In this document: positions 1 through 14,552 of the stretch, in pieces | Layout: the number at the start of each line of letters is the position of its first letter | How positions within the stretch are numbered: position 1 is the stretch's first letter | DNA from: Epiperipatus broadwayi | Lineage: Eukaryota; Animalia; Onychophora | NCBI GenBank assembly: GCA_028023455.1 | Contig: JAQFVV010000004.1 | Location: 26,536,001 to 26,600,000, forward strand | Direction: 5' to 3' | DNA length: 64,000 nt | Program-made: the position numbers and the translations under genes | The notes under the pieces: model-generated | Database searches by the model: none | The model's input: only the letters and a program-made list of their open reading frames with translations | What the model was told of the DNA's origin: nothing

Positions 1-582
1 CATTCTTCAATCTTGTGTTATAATTCAAACTTTAATATGATTTGGATCTTTACATTATAAATACAGTATTTAAATAACTAGCTTATGGCATGTTTATTAT
101 TTTCACTAGCTTAAATTTTACTTTAATGTCTCAAAAAAATAAATGTGCCATAAGATAAAATAAAACAAGTTTGAGTGATCAATAAATATTAGAAGTTAAT
201 GAATTGGAATCTCTATTTACAAAATAATTTTTAGCTTTGCCTATATCAATGAGGTTTTGGATTCAAAATTGGAACCAATGCAAAAAAAAGAAGGTAATCA
301 TTGGCACTGTATTAGAATTTCTCTTGGTTGATCGTACATTGTGTGAGCTATAGAGATGTATCATTTGTTATTATCTACAAAAAATTAGATTTTTGGCAAA
401 TGCTGTATTTGAAATAGAGAAATTACATGAGCTTTAAAAAAAAATCGATATCACATGATGAATAGAGATATGAAAATTTGATCTATCAATTTGTGATAGA
501 TTTAAATAATAACAAGAAAAAAATATCCACATCATGAGACATCCTCAAAATTTTAACATAAATGTAATTAAGAAAATAAAGC

Positions 583-974
583 ACTTAATAGAAGAGCAAT
601 ACAGAGACTTTGGACCACTCAAAGGAGTATGGAGAGATGTATGTTGGGAGTAACAAGAAGAGATCGAAAACTCAATGTATGGGTAAGACAACAAACAGGT
701 GTTACTGACCTTATTGAAAAAATTAAAAGATTGAAATGGAGTTGGGCTGGACATATTGCAAGAAGAGATGATAATAGATGGACAATTGAAATTTTAAACT
801 GGATTCCAAGAGATTGTAAAAGACCCAGAAAGAGACCACATGTGAGATGGATGGATGAAATAAGAAAATGTGCAGGGGTGTTGTGGAGAAGAGAAGCTAA
901 AGATCGGAGAAGATGGATTAAACTTGGAGAGACCTTCATCCTGCAGTGGATTGATAATGGTTGATGATGATGAT
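583..974 (+). mobile_element. RTE-clade LINE, 5'-truncated 3' end with (TGA)n tail
   Basis: ORF 629-964 reads MERCMLGVTRRDR...LKWSWAGHIARRDDNRW...RPHVRWMDEI...LGETFILQW, the typical RTE ORF C-terminus. It is followed directly by tgatgatgatgat (962-974). Confidence 0.9.
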
Positions 975-2039
975 ATAATTCTAAATGATTAAATTTAATT
1001 TTGGATTAGTAATCAGTTTTATATAATTAATATTTAATTTTTAAGTCACACATTAATATTAAGTTATTTTATTAAAAAAATTACTTAGTAATGCTACTTC
1101 ACTTTATTTGTGGGTATTTTAATTATTCAAACTTTTTTTACTATTCTAACTACCAGGAATTCATTTTATGGAACCAAGATTTATGTGCATTTCATTTTCA
1201 CCATAAACAAGCATGATGTTGATAATAAAAGTTGTGATATATAAATATTCTAAATTTTTGCTTAATAGTTTATTTAAGTCATTTTCATTTTTGAATTATT
1301 AATGTCCTGCATTTAAATTTTTTATTAATTATTTGCATTAATTAGACTGATTAAGACTTTAGATAAAACAAGTAAAAAAAATGTATAATTTTCATTTATT
1401 TTAATAATATGCAAGGCAAGTCATTAAAAAATACGAATCCTTTTTTTATTGTAAACTAATTAAAAGTTAATTAGTTTTATCTATTTAATCATTAAACAGT
1501 GTCAAATATGTTTGTTTGAAGTTTATGATGAGAACATGTTAGTTTAGATGTATGTAAGAATATTTCCATCATCTAATCATCTAGTTGAAATGCTCTTTTT
1601 TGTTTTTTAGAATTCAAAGTTTTTTTATAATAATTTTCTAAATGCTTTCAATTATCAGATTACAATATAATTTTTCTAAAAGTTTTCAACTAGATGATAA
1701 ACAGTCCAACTTATAATTGTACTTTCAAAGTAAAGCAAATTATCTTTTGTTTATTCTGTGGAATCTTTGAATTATGTAAAGAATGTAATGGTTTTTGAAA
1801 AAAAACCCAAAGATTTCTAAAAATTTATAACAAAAACTCTTTCTGAAAGAACAATTTTGTTGTTTCCTGAAGGTTTGTAATGATGGTATTTCAGTTGTAT
1901 ATTGGACAATTTCCACCATCTAATATAAAGTATTGAATGTCTTTAGAAAAGTTTAGCTATATTTACATTTTCAAAGTACATTCACCTGTTAGTAATAACA
2001 CACAGGTTAATATATGGACAACACTTTGAGAGTATTATT

Positions 2040-2166
2040 CTCCTCTCTTCTTCAAGTGCTGTTGTCCTGACCAGTGACAGTACTAGCAGGAGAATCAAAT
2101 CTGGAAGCTTGGATTCTGGAATATTGAATTTTAAAGTAATTCTCTAACCAACTGAGTTATCCTGCC
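2040..2166 (-). mobile_element. tRNA-derived SINE head (degenerate)
   Basis: Minus strand starts ggcaggATAACTCAGTTGGTTAGAG (A-box-like) and has GATTTGATTCTCC (B-box-like, 2089-2101) at tRNA-like spacing. It does not fold into an intact cloverleaf. Confidence 0.55.
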
Positions 2167-2229
2167 AAAACCAAAAGTCAGTAGAAATTTTATATAATTA
2201 TCTCTAAGGTTCATCCAGATTTCTCCACA

Positions 2230-2400
2230 TTTTCCTAAGAGCAAAGTTGATTAGTGGTTTTCATACATCATATATAGTAACAATAGGTTGGCTTATGGAG
2301 TTATTTGCCATTGCCATGTGAGAAACTTCTTTGAATTTTCTTTTTTGTAACATTTCCTCTTTATTCAATGTTTTTGTATTTTCCCAATTGAACATAAGTT
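2230..2400 (-). mobile_element. Penelope-like element, GIY-YIG C-terminal fragment
   Basis: Minus-strand translation MFNWENTKTLNKEEMLQKRKFKEVSHMAMANNSI resembles the PLE endonuclease tail pattern F-D/N-W-x-N-x-x-I-L...E...KR..KE..I...NS(I/L)N. Confidence 0.5.
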
Positions 2401-2409
2401 CATTGATAC

Positions 2410-3750
2410 TGTACCTTATGAAATTTGAAATAAATTTTAATATGTGGTCAAATGCTAGTAGTAATTTTTTTCTTCTTCTTCATTTGCTTTTTAATAGTGA
2501 ATATGTTAACCTGTGACGCATTGGAAGATGTTGCTATGGTAACAATAATATTGGAAAAGAAATGTTTATTATTAATTGTAATTTGTAAATATTGTGAATT
2601 GACTTTATTAATTTTAAAAATAAATGTTGAAATAATAAAGTTTGTAGTATTGATGAAATTATTATTTTTTCCTTGTTATAAGTATTTTCATTAATGCCTT
2701 TACCATAGCAGATTACAAATAATATACCCAAATATTTAATGTCTCAAGTATATTTGTTATTTTACTGGTAGAATATTATATTGAAAAATATGTGTTAAAA
2801 GTATATTTCTATTGTAGTATGAAAGAATATAGTCTTTATTGCTTAGTTTATGTTTGAAGTGAAAGAATACTATTTGTATTCTAAAACATAAATATTGCAT
2901 GTTATATATAGTAATTATAAAATATTTATTTATTTGACATTGGTATTATGTAATAAGACTTTTATTTATGGGACACTGGCTGAAATTGACCAAAGAATAA
3001 ATATGGAGCATTACTATAGTTTCTCTGATGTCAATTAAAAATATATAAATAAAACTAAATAGTTTAAACTCATTCTCTCATGTCTTAGTTTGAATAGAAG
3101 TGAACATAAGTTCCTTCATGTATTTTTTTAAATATTTATTTTTAAAAGTAAATAATTATCAACTGGATAGAATGATGAAATGAAAGCAATAATATTCCAC
3201 CATTAACTGGACAGGTTTATCAGAAATTTGTGAGCGGTGATAATTTGCTGAAGAATGAAAATAATTCATAGCCTTTAAAAAAAACCATGTGAATATTTCA
3301 TTGCTTTAAAAATGGATATTTCTTACTTTTCAAAGATGAGATATAAATGCTAACAACATAAAAATGTACACAATGATTATGCTCACCTGCTGATATAATT
3401 TTATGAGATTGATTAATTATTTATGTGCAAGATATAAATGGACTCAATTTCCATACCATTATCAAGGATGAAACTAGTGTCTGTTCATTTGTAATGTCTT
3501 ATGAATCAGATACTTATTAAAAGAAGTATTTACAATGCATTGTCATGGATGGAATACCTGGTAAATCAAACAATAATTTGGATATGTTGAAAATGTCAGA
3601 ATTAATTAAATATGTTTCAAATCTATATCATGATTCAAGAAATAGACCTTGGAACTATAATACTATTTTGGAATGTTATATTTGTAGACAATTAATCGGA
3701 TCATTTGCTAAAAATATTTTTTAATATATAACTGTATAGAATATAAACAG
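2410..3750 (-). mobile_element. L1/Tx1-like LINE RT remnant, copy 1
   Basis: Minus-strand DIKYLGILF...IHNIYKLQLIINISFPILL (KYLG motif plus post-RT segment), with many stops. Clearly homologous (roughly 80% by eye) to 12355-13760. Confidence 0.55.
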
Positions 3751-5806
3751 TAGTATAACTTAAGTAGAGATTTATTTTACATGCTTAAATGTAATAGAGT
3801 TATGTTTTTTTTTTAAATTTAAATTTATATTTAATAGTTTAGTAATTATAATTATAATTTAAAAATACTTACCTTCTTATTCATCAATTATAAATTCATT
3901 TCAAGTCTTTATTTTTATTTTAATCTCTTAAAATAATGTGATCCTGAACTCTTATATTTTGAAAAGTACATACATATTAATATATGTTTGTGTTACATAA
4001 ATATATATATATCTTAATCTTATCATTTGATATGTGAATGTTGATGTACAATCATCTATTTAATTTATAAGAATTAATGTCAATTGAGAACGTATTGCAT
4101 AAGGCATAACTAGGCCATATGTGTATATTTTAAATGTTTATGGTGTTTTCCATATATATATATATTATCCATTTGTTAATAAATTTTGAATTAATTTCAA
4201 ACAAGTAAACTTGCTTAGTTTTCATTCAATTTTACAATGCAAATTTGTGAGGTAATGGAACTTGGATAAGTTACTATTCACGAATTGATTATATCACATA
4301 ATTCATTAGCAGTTAAAAATAGTTTGGAAGACAAAACATAGAATGAATAAGAGATGTATAATTACATATCATTTTCTTTGTATTGAATTTAATGTTTACA
4401 ATCTACCAGGTATAGATTTTGTACAGCAATAAATTAAGTGATTTGACATTTTTAAATATTTAATAAGTAATTAAATGCTTATTGTAATTATTTTGTTAGT
4501 AACAAGTAACAGTTATATTATACATTATATAATAAATTGATGCAATGGTTGATAAAGGTACTAATATGATAATTATCAAAAATCAGTAAAGGAAATTGGA
4601 ATTAGATGTTCACATATTTTATTGTAAACCATTATTGATTAAAGTGAACATTATATTAAGTCAATATACAGCCATAAAGATCATAATATTATTCAGTTAC
4701 AGAGCTGATAATGATATTTTGTTCTGTCCCAAATTATATTGATTTGCTTTAATCATATTTAGTTCATTGATGTGAACCACAAATTAAGTTTAGATATTAA
4801 ATTTTAATACTAATATTTTAGTGTAATAAACATTAATAAACTTCTGTATGTTTTGATAATTATAGTCTAAAGTTTTAACAGTTTAGCTTTATTAAACTGA
4901 AAGTAATTGGATATCATTTGTCAATTTTGTTTGAATTAGCATCAAATAAGAATCTATCATTTATTTTATATATTGATGTGATTGAATATTATAAATGTTA
5001 TCTAATAAGATGATTTTATTTTATAGTATTGTATATTGGTGAAAGTGCAAAGATATGTTAAATTAAATGAGTTTATTTTATTATAATTGACTTAATTAAT
5101 AAGAGCATGTTGTATTAGTGGAATAATATAGCTACGTTAGTATTATTTTTTTTATTTAGTTATAATTAGAAATCAATTAGTGAGTCATATATTTGTTCAG
5201 ATATCATTGATATTTTAGATTTGTATGGCATATTAAATTCTCTTATTCATTTATGAATCATTTTGTTTAAACATAAATACAAATAATGTTTAATTTTAAG
5301 TATACATTTGTATTTTTATAAAGTGTTTTGACTCATAATGAATATTAATGTTTATCTGTCTAATTCATTGTCATTATTTTTTTTTATAATACAAACAGAT
5401 TATATAATAGGTATATATTGTTATTTATAAGATAATGATATTTGGTTTTATTGCTTTATCATTGCAAATAACATTTATACTTTGAAATAATTATTTTCCT
5501 TGTTTTCCATTCATTGTAAATGCTATTTCAATTCATGAGGTTAGAAAAAAGATTATTATCATTGTTTTATTAAATTGGTAGATTGTTATTCATTGATATT
5601 CACTTTCATTTAGTTTATTAATTTCAATATGTTACAAATGATGCTATAATTCATAGGCATTAATAAATTAGGATTGTTCTTCCTTGATTCATATTTTTAT
5701 TCTGTTACAAATGTTGTTCAATAATTAGACTATGACTAATATACAGCATGACCCATAATTGTATTCTGTTAGAAATGGCATCTGACATTAGGGTATATTT
5801 TATTTA

Positions 5807-5830
5807 GTTACAAATTGTGCAACCAAGTTG
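5807..5830 (+). promoter_or_regulatory. Possible 5' LTR end (GTTACA) plus degenerate primer-binding site of the Gypsy element
   Basis: gttaca|aattgtgcaaccaagttggac sits ~340 bp before gag, with an AATAAA upstream at ~5660. No matching 3' LTR was found. Confidence 0.3.
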
Positions 5831-6151
5831 GACTTGATCAAAAACCAAAATCAAAGACTTCAGAGTTTCATACACATCTATAGTGAATTAATTTGTATAC
5901 AGTAATATTTTATATGTAGTCATAATTTCTAAAAAAAAATAAAGAATTTGTTTAAATAGTAGATGAAAGAAATATTTTGTATGATTTAAAAAAAAACGTT
6001 ATTATTCTCATTCTATTGCAGGTTTTTATTAATAACTAGAAGGTTGAATGGACAAATATTTTATGTCAAATCATAAAATAGTTTAAAGTATTTTCATAAT
6101 ATGTTTTGATTAAAGAGAGAATATTATTTTTGCTATAAAAAATAAGTAAAT

Positions 6152-9100
6152 ATGGAAACCAAGGGTGCTGAAACATCAGCAGGACCTAAAGATGGTATTC
6201 AGGGAATGTTGAAAAAACTGATGGAAGAAATGAATAATAAATATGAGGGTCAAAGTAAAAAAATAAATATTAAATCTGAGATTCAAAGTAGAGAAAATAT
6301 AGAATTAATAGAAGATATAAGAAGAGAAATTAATAATAAATTAGGAGAAATGAATAATAGATTTGAGATTCAAAGTAAAGAATTAAAGAAGATATCAGAG
6401 AATTGAAGATAGAGTCAGGGCAATTCAGTTATAAGCTAGACTTGTTTAAAATTGAGTTAAATGTTGTGAATGTGTAATTTAAAGAATTCAAATATAATCT
6501 AATTGTTAAATTAAGGGAATTCAGTGATAAATGTGACAGCAAGTTTAATGAACTGAAAAACTAATTGGATAAGTCACAAGAAAGGTTAGAAGTCAGATTT
6601 GAAAATTTAAGTAGTGAAATTAAAACATATAAAGTTGGGCATAAAGATTTGGAGAAAAAAATATGAAAATTAAGAAAACATACAAAAATGATCAGGAAGG
6701 ATAAAAATTAAAAATAAATAATATTAAAATAGAATTAAAAGATATACAGAATCACATAAAAGTAGAATATAAAGAAATATGTAAAAAGCATAACAAGGTT
6801 GATAATGAAAGAAAGAAATTGCAAAAAATATGCAAGGAGTTTCAGGGTGATTTAAAGAGTATGCAAGAAGAATTAATTAGTATTGAGCAAGTGATATCAA
6901 AAGAGTTAGATGACTTAAAGGCAAGTAAAATGGAAAAGAATAATAAATTTCTAGAACAAGAGATACATAAACATTTTGAGAAATGGCATAAATAATAAGA
7001 TATCTACAACGTTAGAAGATAGGATGTTAAAGATAAAAAGTACCCTTGTCAAACAAATTGATGATCATATAGATGGGACATATAAATGTGCATGTTCAGC
7101 GAATAAGTTCCTAAATAAAGTTGATTATGACATATTATTGCTGTATGGCAAAGAGAATAGTAAATAGATGTGTAGTTCAGAAAAAATAAAAAATGAAAGA
7201 GTAAATAACAACATAGCTAGATTTATACAGTTTAGAGTTTTTAAAGGGGAATATGATGAGAACCCTGTAGAGTATTTAAGTGCTTTAGAGTTACTGTTCT
7301 TACTGAATCATTTAAATGAGATTGAGAAACTATCTATAGCAAGTAACCACTTAAGTTCATCTGCCATCAGTCAAACATTGATGGAAGTCACTGTTTTATG
7401 GTGATTTTAAATACATCCTGTAGAATAGGTTTTGGATGGAAAAGAAGCAGGATAACATGATGTATCAGATTAGTCAGGACAAGTATAGTCATAATAAAGT
7501 CAGATATACTCAATTCTTCTGAATGCAGGTGGTTAAAGTAAAAATGCTGGCCATATTTTCATTATCGGAAAACAAAATTATTTGGAAAGTCAGGAGAAAC
7601 TTGCCAATGAACATTGAGAAAACTTTAATTGCTGCTAACAGTCATAGTGTTGAATAAGAATCCAAAATACTTGGAGCACTCAAGGCAAGTGAGGTACCTG
7701 TAGACAATAGTCATGTAATAAAATTGTCATGCACATGATATTTCACTTATTAAATTTGATAGGAGTAAAATAAAAAGAGACAATAGAGCGAATAGAATTT
7801 ATGTGAATAATAAGAATCATAAAGTTCTTCCATATGTAAAAAACAGTAAGAGTAATCATAAAAGTTATCATAAAGTAGAAAAGGTTGCATGTGCAGCAGA
7901 AAGTTATTCTGTTAGCATATCGCAGAATACACCTTTGAAAATGCTTGGGGCTAGACCTAAAACTGATCTTTTAAATTAAAATGGGTCTTGATGGAACATT
8001 CCTCACTGTAGGAGCATAATAGCATCATAAATTTGGGGAGCAACAATATTACTAATTATTTAACCTCATTGAATTTTGAAACTGAAGATGATTATGATAG
8101 GGAAATAGAAGGTTGTGTAGACATTTGTCCAGAAATTAATATCATTACTCAGGACATTAGTAAAAGCTTTATTGGATTTAGGAAGCCAAATTTTGATTAT
8201 GTTAAAAAAACTGTATATTAAACTTACTGAAGGAGACTTTGAAATCTATGTGCTACCATTGAGGCAAATTCAAGTAACTATGGGCAATGGTCATAAGGTA
8301 AAGTTGTTTGCTCAATAGATGTAATTAAGTGTTAGAATTAGTTCGATAACCATAGAGCAAATAATTTTGATCATGTCTGGACTTATTCATGAGATTATGA
8401 TAGGATCTGACTTCATGAATCGGTTTGGATTTGTTATTGATTATGTTAATCAAGAAATGATTTTAAAAGGGGAAAAATGTAAGTTTAATAGGGAGGTACT
8501 GGGTTAAAATTTCAATTTATTAGCCATCCAAACTAACTCTACAGAGTTAGATTCACAAATAAAAATATGTTAATCTACTGAGTTAAATGGAAACTTTAAG
8601 GAAAAAAATTTTCAGTTACACTGTAGATATAAAGATGTATTTTTTAAGAAACTTGGTGTAATAAAGGGGTATGTAAATAGGATATGCTTGAAAAAATATA
8701 GTCCTTTTCAATGTAAAAGCTATCCTATCTCTCATCAGCACAAAGTTAAGATGCAGAAGCAAATCAATCAAATGATTAAGTAGAAAATTATTAGAAAATG
8801 CCCCTCAGCAGATAATGATTCATTCGGGGTTGTGTGTATAAAGAATGCATCCATTAATGCATTTGCTTAGATGTAAGGTTCTTGAATCAATTAATGATTC
8901 CAGAATGTGATGTCCTTTCCACTATGCAAAAATTATTCATGATATTTAAAGACAAAAAGGACTTTTCTACTATTGATTTAACAGCTAGTTATTGGAAGGT
9001 ATATTTGCACAATGATCATCAGAAGTATACTGCATTTAAATATGAAGACTACTCATATGTTTTTGAAAGAATACTGTTTATACTTAGAAACAGTGGAACT

Positions 9101-11168
9101 CATCACCTTAGATGTTTGGATACTGTATTCTCTGAAGAAGTCATGGGCATTATTGCCATACATGTGAATATTGTAATTGCTTCAGAAAATATCTTGGAAT
9201 ATTTTTATCATCTAAACAATTTTAAGAGAATGTGAAAAAAAACATCAAAATAAAATTTAAATAGTGTAGAACAGCTGTTAAGGAGATAGATTTTCTGAGA
9301 CATTGTAAAATTGGATGGGATAAAACTGCATCCTGATAAAATTAAATTCATTTGAAATTTCCTTGCTCCAGAAAATAAAAAGTAATTTACATTCTTTCCT
9401 TGGTCTTTGCAATTTTTACCATAGGTTCTATGAGAATTTTGCTTATACACTATTTATTTATCAAAATTGTTAAGGAAAGATGTGAATGGAAATGGACTGA
9501 AAACTATTCTATTAAATTTGAGAAAATAAAATCAAATTATTTAAATACTGTAATCTTATATTATCCTAATTTCCAAGAAATATTTTATGTGCAAACAGAC
9601 AGTAGTGGATATGGTCTAAGAGAGTAGATTTATTTTACTTGAACCATAAAAAAAAGCCCACTGTCTTATATTTCTTGAGTATATTGGAGAAGAGTGTAAA
9701 ATTTCACTATACCACCACAGAGAAAGAAGCCTTGGCTGTTGTATAAACTTCTCAGAAGCTATGCTAATATTTACTTGGGTCTGAAATAATAGTTATTACA
9801 GATCACAAGAGTTTACCAATCAGGACTATTTAAATAATAAAAGTCTAGTTAAGTGGAGTTTATTCTTTCAGCAATTTAATTACAGGATACAGTATTGCAG
9901 AGTAAAAGATAATATTGCAATAGATATTCTAAGTAAATATCCTGTCAAAATATACCCATGCCATATAGGTATTGATAATATTTTCATCATGGTCATCTCT
10001 CTGGGAGTTGATGATTTGGTTGAAAATGATTTAAATAACTTATCATCTTTACAATTGCAAGATTCAAAATTGAATGCTATTATTCAATATTTGAATAAGT
10101 CAAATCTGTAACTATAAAATGAATGGTTAAAAGTAAAGGTGATATTAAGGTAGAGGTTAATTTAAAATTTATTACATTATAAAGTAAGGATCATAGAGAA
10201 TAGTGGTACCATTGTGTATTAGAAATCATCTAATTTATTATGTGTGTTGTCTTTATGGGAAGTATGGTCCCAGAAAGGTACAATATTTTGTGCACTATTC
10301 TACTGGTCTGGACTGTATGTGTTTATAGTGAACAGACTCAGATTTCATAAGATCTGTTTAAGATTAAAGTACACTAACAAATTTTACACTGGGATTTTGC
10401 AGCCAATTTTACCTAGTCATTCCAATGATCTTTTAGCCATAGATTTCTATGAACCTTTACCACTGTTTAAGAAGTTTAGTTTATTTTGGTCATTTATGAT
10501 GTCTTTTCTACTTTTGTGAGGGCATACCCAGTAATTAAAACAAGTGCTAGGAAGATACTTATGTGTTTACAGGAGTTGCAGTATGTAATGATTGGGAAAT
10601 CTAAGGCTATTTTGACAGGTAATGCTATATCATTCTTGTCTAAGGAGTGGAAATGTTAGATTGAATGACAGAATTTAAAACATGTTGTGTTCAATTAGGA
10701 ACCTCCAGTCTAACCCATGTGAGAGTTAAGCATGAGTTGGGTAGGTATACCTAGTAAACAATCATTGTAACTGGGTAAATATGTTAAAGGAAGTTTGCTC
10801 CAGTATATCTGCACTTCAGATATAGGGAGTCTATGTTAATTAAGATTACATTCCTTACTATTTCAGAAGATAAGCTATGATAGTGATTTATTAAAGGATA
10901 AAAAATTTGGAGGAAATGGGGAAAAAAAGAATTGACCAAGCCTCTCATAAGCCTTGTATATTTAATGTAGGATATTTTGTTTGTAAAGACTTCTCAAGTC
11001 AATGATCCACAGAAATATAGGTTTAAAAAGTTTTTTAAAACATATATGAAGAACTGTTCCAAATAGAGAGAAAAGTAGGAAAGAATGTGTTTCTTTTAGA
11101 ATCCTCTGAAGGTGAAAAAGATACCTTCAATCCCCAAAGTTTAAAACCAATATTACCACGTGAATAAA
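6152..11168 (+). mobile_element. Degenerate Ty3/Gypsy LTR-retrotransposon internal region (gag-PR-RT-RH-IN)
   Basis: Coiled-coil gag N-terminus (6152-), capsid-like FKGEYDENPVEYLSALE (~7230), protease KALLDLGSQI (8162-8191) and IGSDFMNRFGFVID, RT FSTIDLTASYWKV...KYTAF (8882-9235), RNase H YPNFQEIFYVQTDSSGYGL (~9560-9625), integrase GILQPILPSH...LAIDFYEPLP (~10390-10460). Domain order is Gypsy-type; many stops and frameshifts. Confidence 0.9.
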
Positions 11169-12354
11169 TGTGATTTATATAAAAAATAGAGTAGAATATG
11201 CCATATAGAATTATTAAATATTACTAATCTTTGACAATATATTAGTTGACAATAATATGACTGTATGTTTATAAAGGAAGATATGAGATCTTCATTTATA
11301 ATTTTGATATTATTAAAATATTTGTAGAACAAAAATGCATTTATGAAATAATACTAAATTAGTATTATTTCTTTGTTGTGAAAATACTTGATATGAGAAC
11401 TAAATAATTAATGACAAAAATATTATAGAAGATAAATAGCATGGATATAGTAAGAAGAGAAAATGATTTCTTAAATATTTATGTTCATAGCTATTTGTAT
11501 ATTATTTTGAAGTGTTATAATCCTAGAGATAGGAATATTTTAGTCACTTAAAAAGGTGAAATATATAAATGTTTGTGTAATAGTGCAAAAATGATGAAAA
11601 ATTATGTGTTAGATGCTAGTAATAGTTGGTCTTAAATAATTTTAGTAGATATACTAAATAATTTGCTTTATGAATAAAACCTATGGAACATAAGTTTATC
11701 TTCAAAGTTGATTAATAAAGGTAATCTTAAAAGGAATACTATATTGGAAAAACAAATTGGAAATGTGTTACTTGAAATTGTATTAATGTTTTGGTGATAT
11801 AATGATAAGAATGATGAGTTAGTTTGTTTTAATATAAGAAAATCTTTAGTAGAGTATGTTATAGCTGGTTGGTTATAATAAATTTCAGGTTATATTATTG
11901 ATGAGATTATTGAAAAAGATAAAGATATAAAGTTATTTTCAAATTAATAGTAAACTTTTAGAAACTGTAATTGACAAGTTTTGCAAGGGATAAAAAATAT
12001 AGATATATAATTATACTTTATAATACATTTTTAATAGAACACTAGGATAGCCAATTCTTTGTTAATAATGATGTTTTTGAAATATTTATTAGAGATATAC
12101 AATAAAGTAATACAAATCTGTCAAGAAGATAGGAAAATATTAAATAAGTTTTGTCTTATTTTAATGGGAATCCTAATGAAGTATTCAGGATTTATGATGA
12201 TGAAATTGTTAAACCTTATCTTAAAAAGAGGAAAGACAGAATAGACATTTGTATATATTTGAGTGAAAATGTTTCATTGTGTACATTAAAAGTAATAGTG
12301 AAGTTACTATTGTTAGTTTTTAAAAGTAATTTTTTTGTCAGTAGAGAGGAGGTA

Positions 12355-13760
12355 TTGTACCTATTGAAATTTGAAATAAATTTCAATATGTGGTGAAATG
12401 TCAATTGTAATTTTTTTTCTCATTCGTTTGATTTTGGATAGTAAATTGGAATATATTGCTATGATAACAATAATATTGGAAAGTAATGCTTATTATTAAT
12501 TGTAGTATATATAACTTGTGAATTAATTTTGTTCATTTTAAAAATGAATGTGCAAATAATAAAGTTCATAGAATTAAATAAAATCATTATTCTTTATTAT
12601 ATGTATTTTCATTACTGCATTCACAATAGTAGATTACAAATAATATACCTAAATATGTTATGTCTTAAGTATATTTGTTATTTTATTGATATAATATTGT
12701 GTTGAAAAATCTGTGTAAAAAGCAATTTCCATTGTAGTATGAAAGAATGTGAGTGGTCTTAATAGTTTAGCATATGCTGGAGTGAAAAGATACTATTTGT
12801 ATTTTAAAACATAAATATTGTATGATATATGTAGTAATTATATATTTTTTTATTTGTCATGTTATTTTGTAATAAGATTTTTATTTATGGAATTGACCAA
12901 AGATTTATTACAGAGCATTACTATAGTTTCTCTGATGTCAATTAAAAAGTTTATACATAGAACAGTTTACACTCACTCTCTCATGGCTTAGCTTCATAGA
13001 AATGAATATAAGTTCCTTCATGTAATTTTTTATTTATTTATTTTAAAAGTAAATCATTGTCAATTGTATAGAATGATGGGGAGAAAACAATAGTATTCAT
13101 CCATTAACTGAACAGATTTACCAGGAATACGTGAGAGGTGACAATTTGCTGAAGAATGAAAACAATTCATAGCATTTAAAAAACCCCATCAGAATATTTC
13201 TTTGCTTTCAAAATGGATATTTCTTATTTTATAAAGATGAGATATAAATGCTAACAATGTAAAAATGTACACAATGATTATGTTCACCTGCTGATATATT
13301 TTATGACATCGATGAATTATTTATATGCAAAATATAAATAGACTCAATTTCCATCACATGATCATAGATGAAGTTAGTGTCTAATCACTTGTAATGTTTT
13401 ATGAATCAAACATTTTTAAAGGAAAGGATATTTACATGGCATCATCATAAATATAAAATAATATTTGTACACTTATAACAACATATAGATTGAATACTTG
13501 CTAAATGAAAGACTAATTTGGGTATTTAGGAAATATCAGAATTAATAAAATATGCTTTAAATCTAATTACTTTTTATGATATTTCTACTTTTTCTGGAAT
13601 AACAAAATATCATTGGATTGTGGTTCAAGAAGTAGACATTGAAACTATGATACTATTTTGAAAACGTTGCATTTATGGATTAATCAGGTTGTTAGCTAAA
13701 AAATATCAATATTATTAATATTTTTAAAAATATATACTTGTATAGGATATAAATGGTATT
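12355..13760 (-). mobile_element. L1/Tx1-like LINE RT remnant, copy 2 (may extend to ~11700)
   Basis: Colinear with 2410-3750, e.g. gaaatttgaaataaattt(t/c)aatatgtggt at the left and tactattttg(g/a)aa...gctaaaaa at the right. Confidence 0.55.
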
Positions 13761-13779
13761 TAATTTGCTGCTAACTGAA

Positions 13780-14552
13780 AGGAGACCCTTTGATTTTTCT
13801 TGGAAGCCTTAAAGGAACTGAGCAGGGCAAATTTCTTAATGTCCACTCCTTATGGTTTTGTCATTGCAACTATTATTACTACGTGATTATTCATATTACT
13901 ATGTGATTATTCATATAGTCTATGAACATTGATGAGCTGCCTTACCAATGTGCATTAGCCAGCACAGTGAGTTTATTGGCTTGTAATTTACCATTGAGTT
14001 TAAGATCAAGAAACATCATGGTCTTTCTTCTCAGTTGCCTGATAGCTCAACTGAAATATCAGTTGTTTTCTCAAAGGCAGAATGAATGTGTATAAATGAT
14101 TTTTTTCTCTCCTGGTATTTACAATCATGACAGACAAAATAAATATCATGATCCTTATTCTCAGGAGGCTGTAAAGTCACCAGTCAAGATAGTGACTTGT
14201 GGCGGAAGATGGGAGAGTGCTAAGAATCTCCTGATTGTGGACCCAGGTGGTGTTTTGATGATCTTTTATTTAGATACATACAACTGCAATCATTTTCAAG
14301 TGAAGGTAGATTGCAAGAATTGGAGGAACTATCTCATATTAAATGAGACATTATTGAACTTTATGACATTAGAAGGAAAGGTAAAGAAACAATTCATTTA
14401 AAAATGGACATGTATTGTATTACAAAAGAACAAATGTTGGAAGTAGAAATGGAGTCAGATTCATTATAAATAAAAAGTGGAAGAACATTGTGGATATTCA
14501 TAGTATATCAGACAGAGTGGCAACATTAGTTATTCAACTTAATAGCATATGT
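13780..14552 (+). mobile_element. RTE LINE 5' part (putative UTR plus APE endonuclease N-terminus)
   Basis: TYNC...ELEELSHIK*DII...RRKGKETIHLK(N)GHVLYYK...GVRFIINKKWKNIVDIHSISDRVATLVIQLN (14270-14545, with frameshifts) matches the RTE endonuclease start. The 5' boundary is a guess. Confidence 0.75.

Noticed and set aside
1500-2030. Minus-strand remnant read either as an L1 zinc knuckle or as PLE RT motifs
   Set aside because: Both readings need several frameshifts and conflict with each other; neither is supportable.
2410-13760. The two 1.35 kb direct repeats as the LTR pair of the Gypsy element
   Set aside because: They carry minus-strand LINE RT motifs (KYLG), lack TG...CA ends, and lie 1-2.4 kb away from the internal region's ends.
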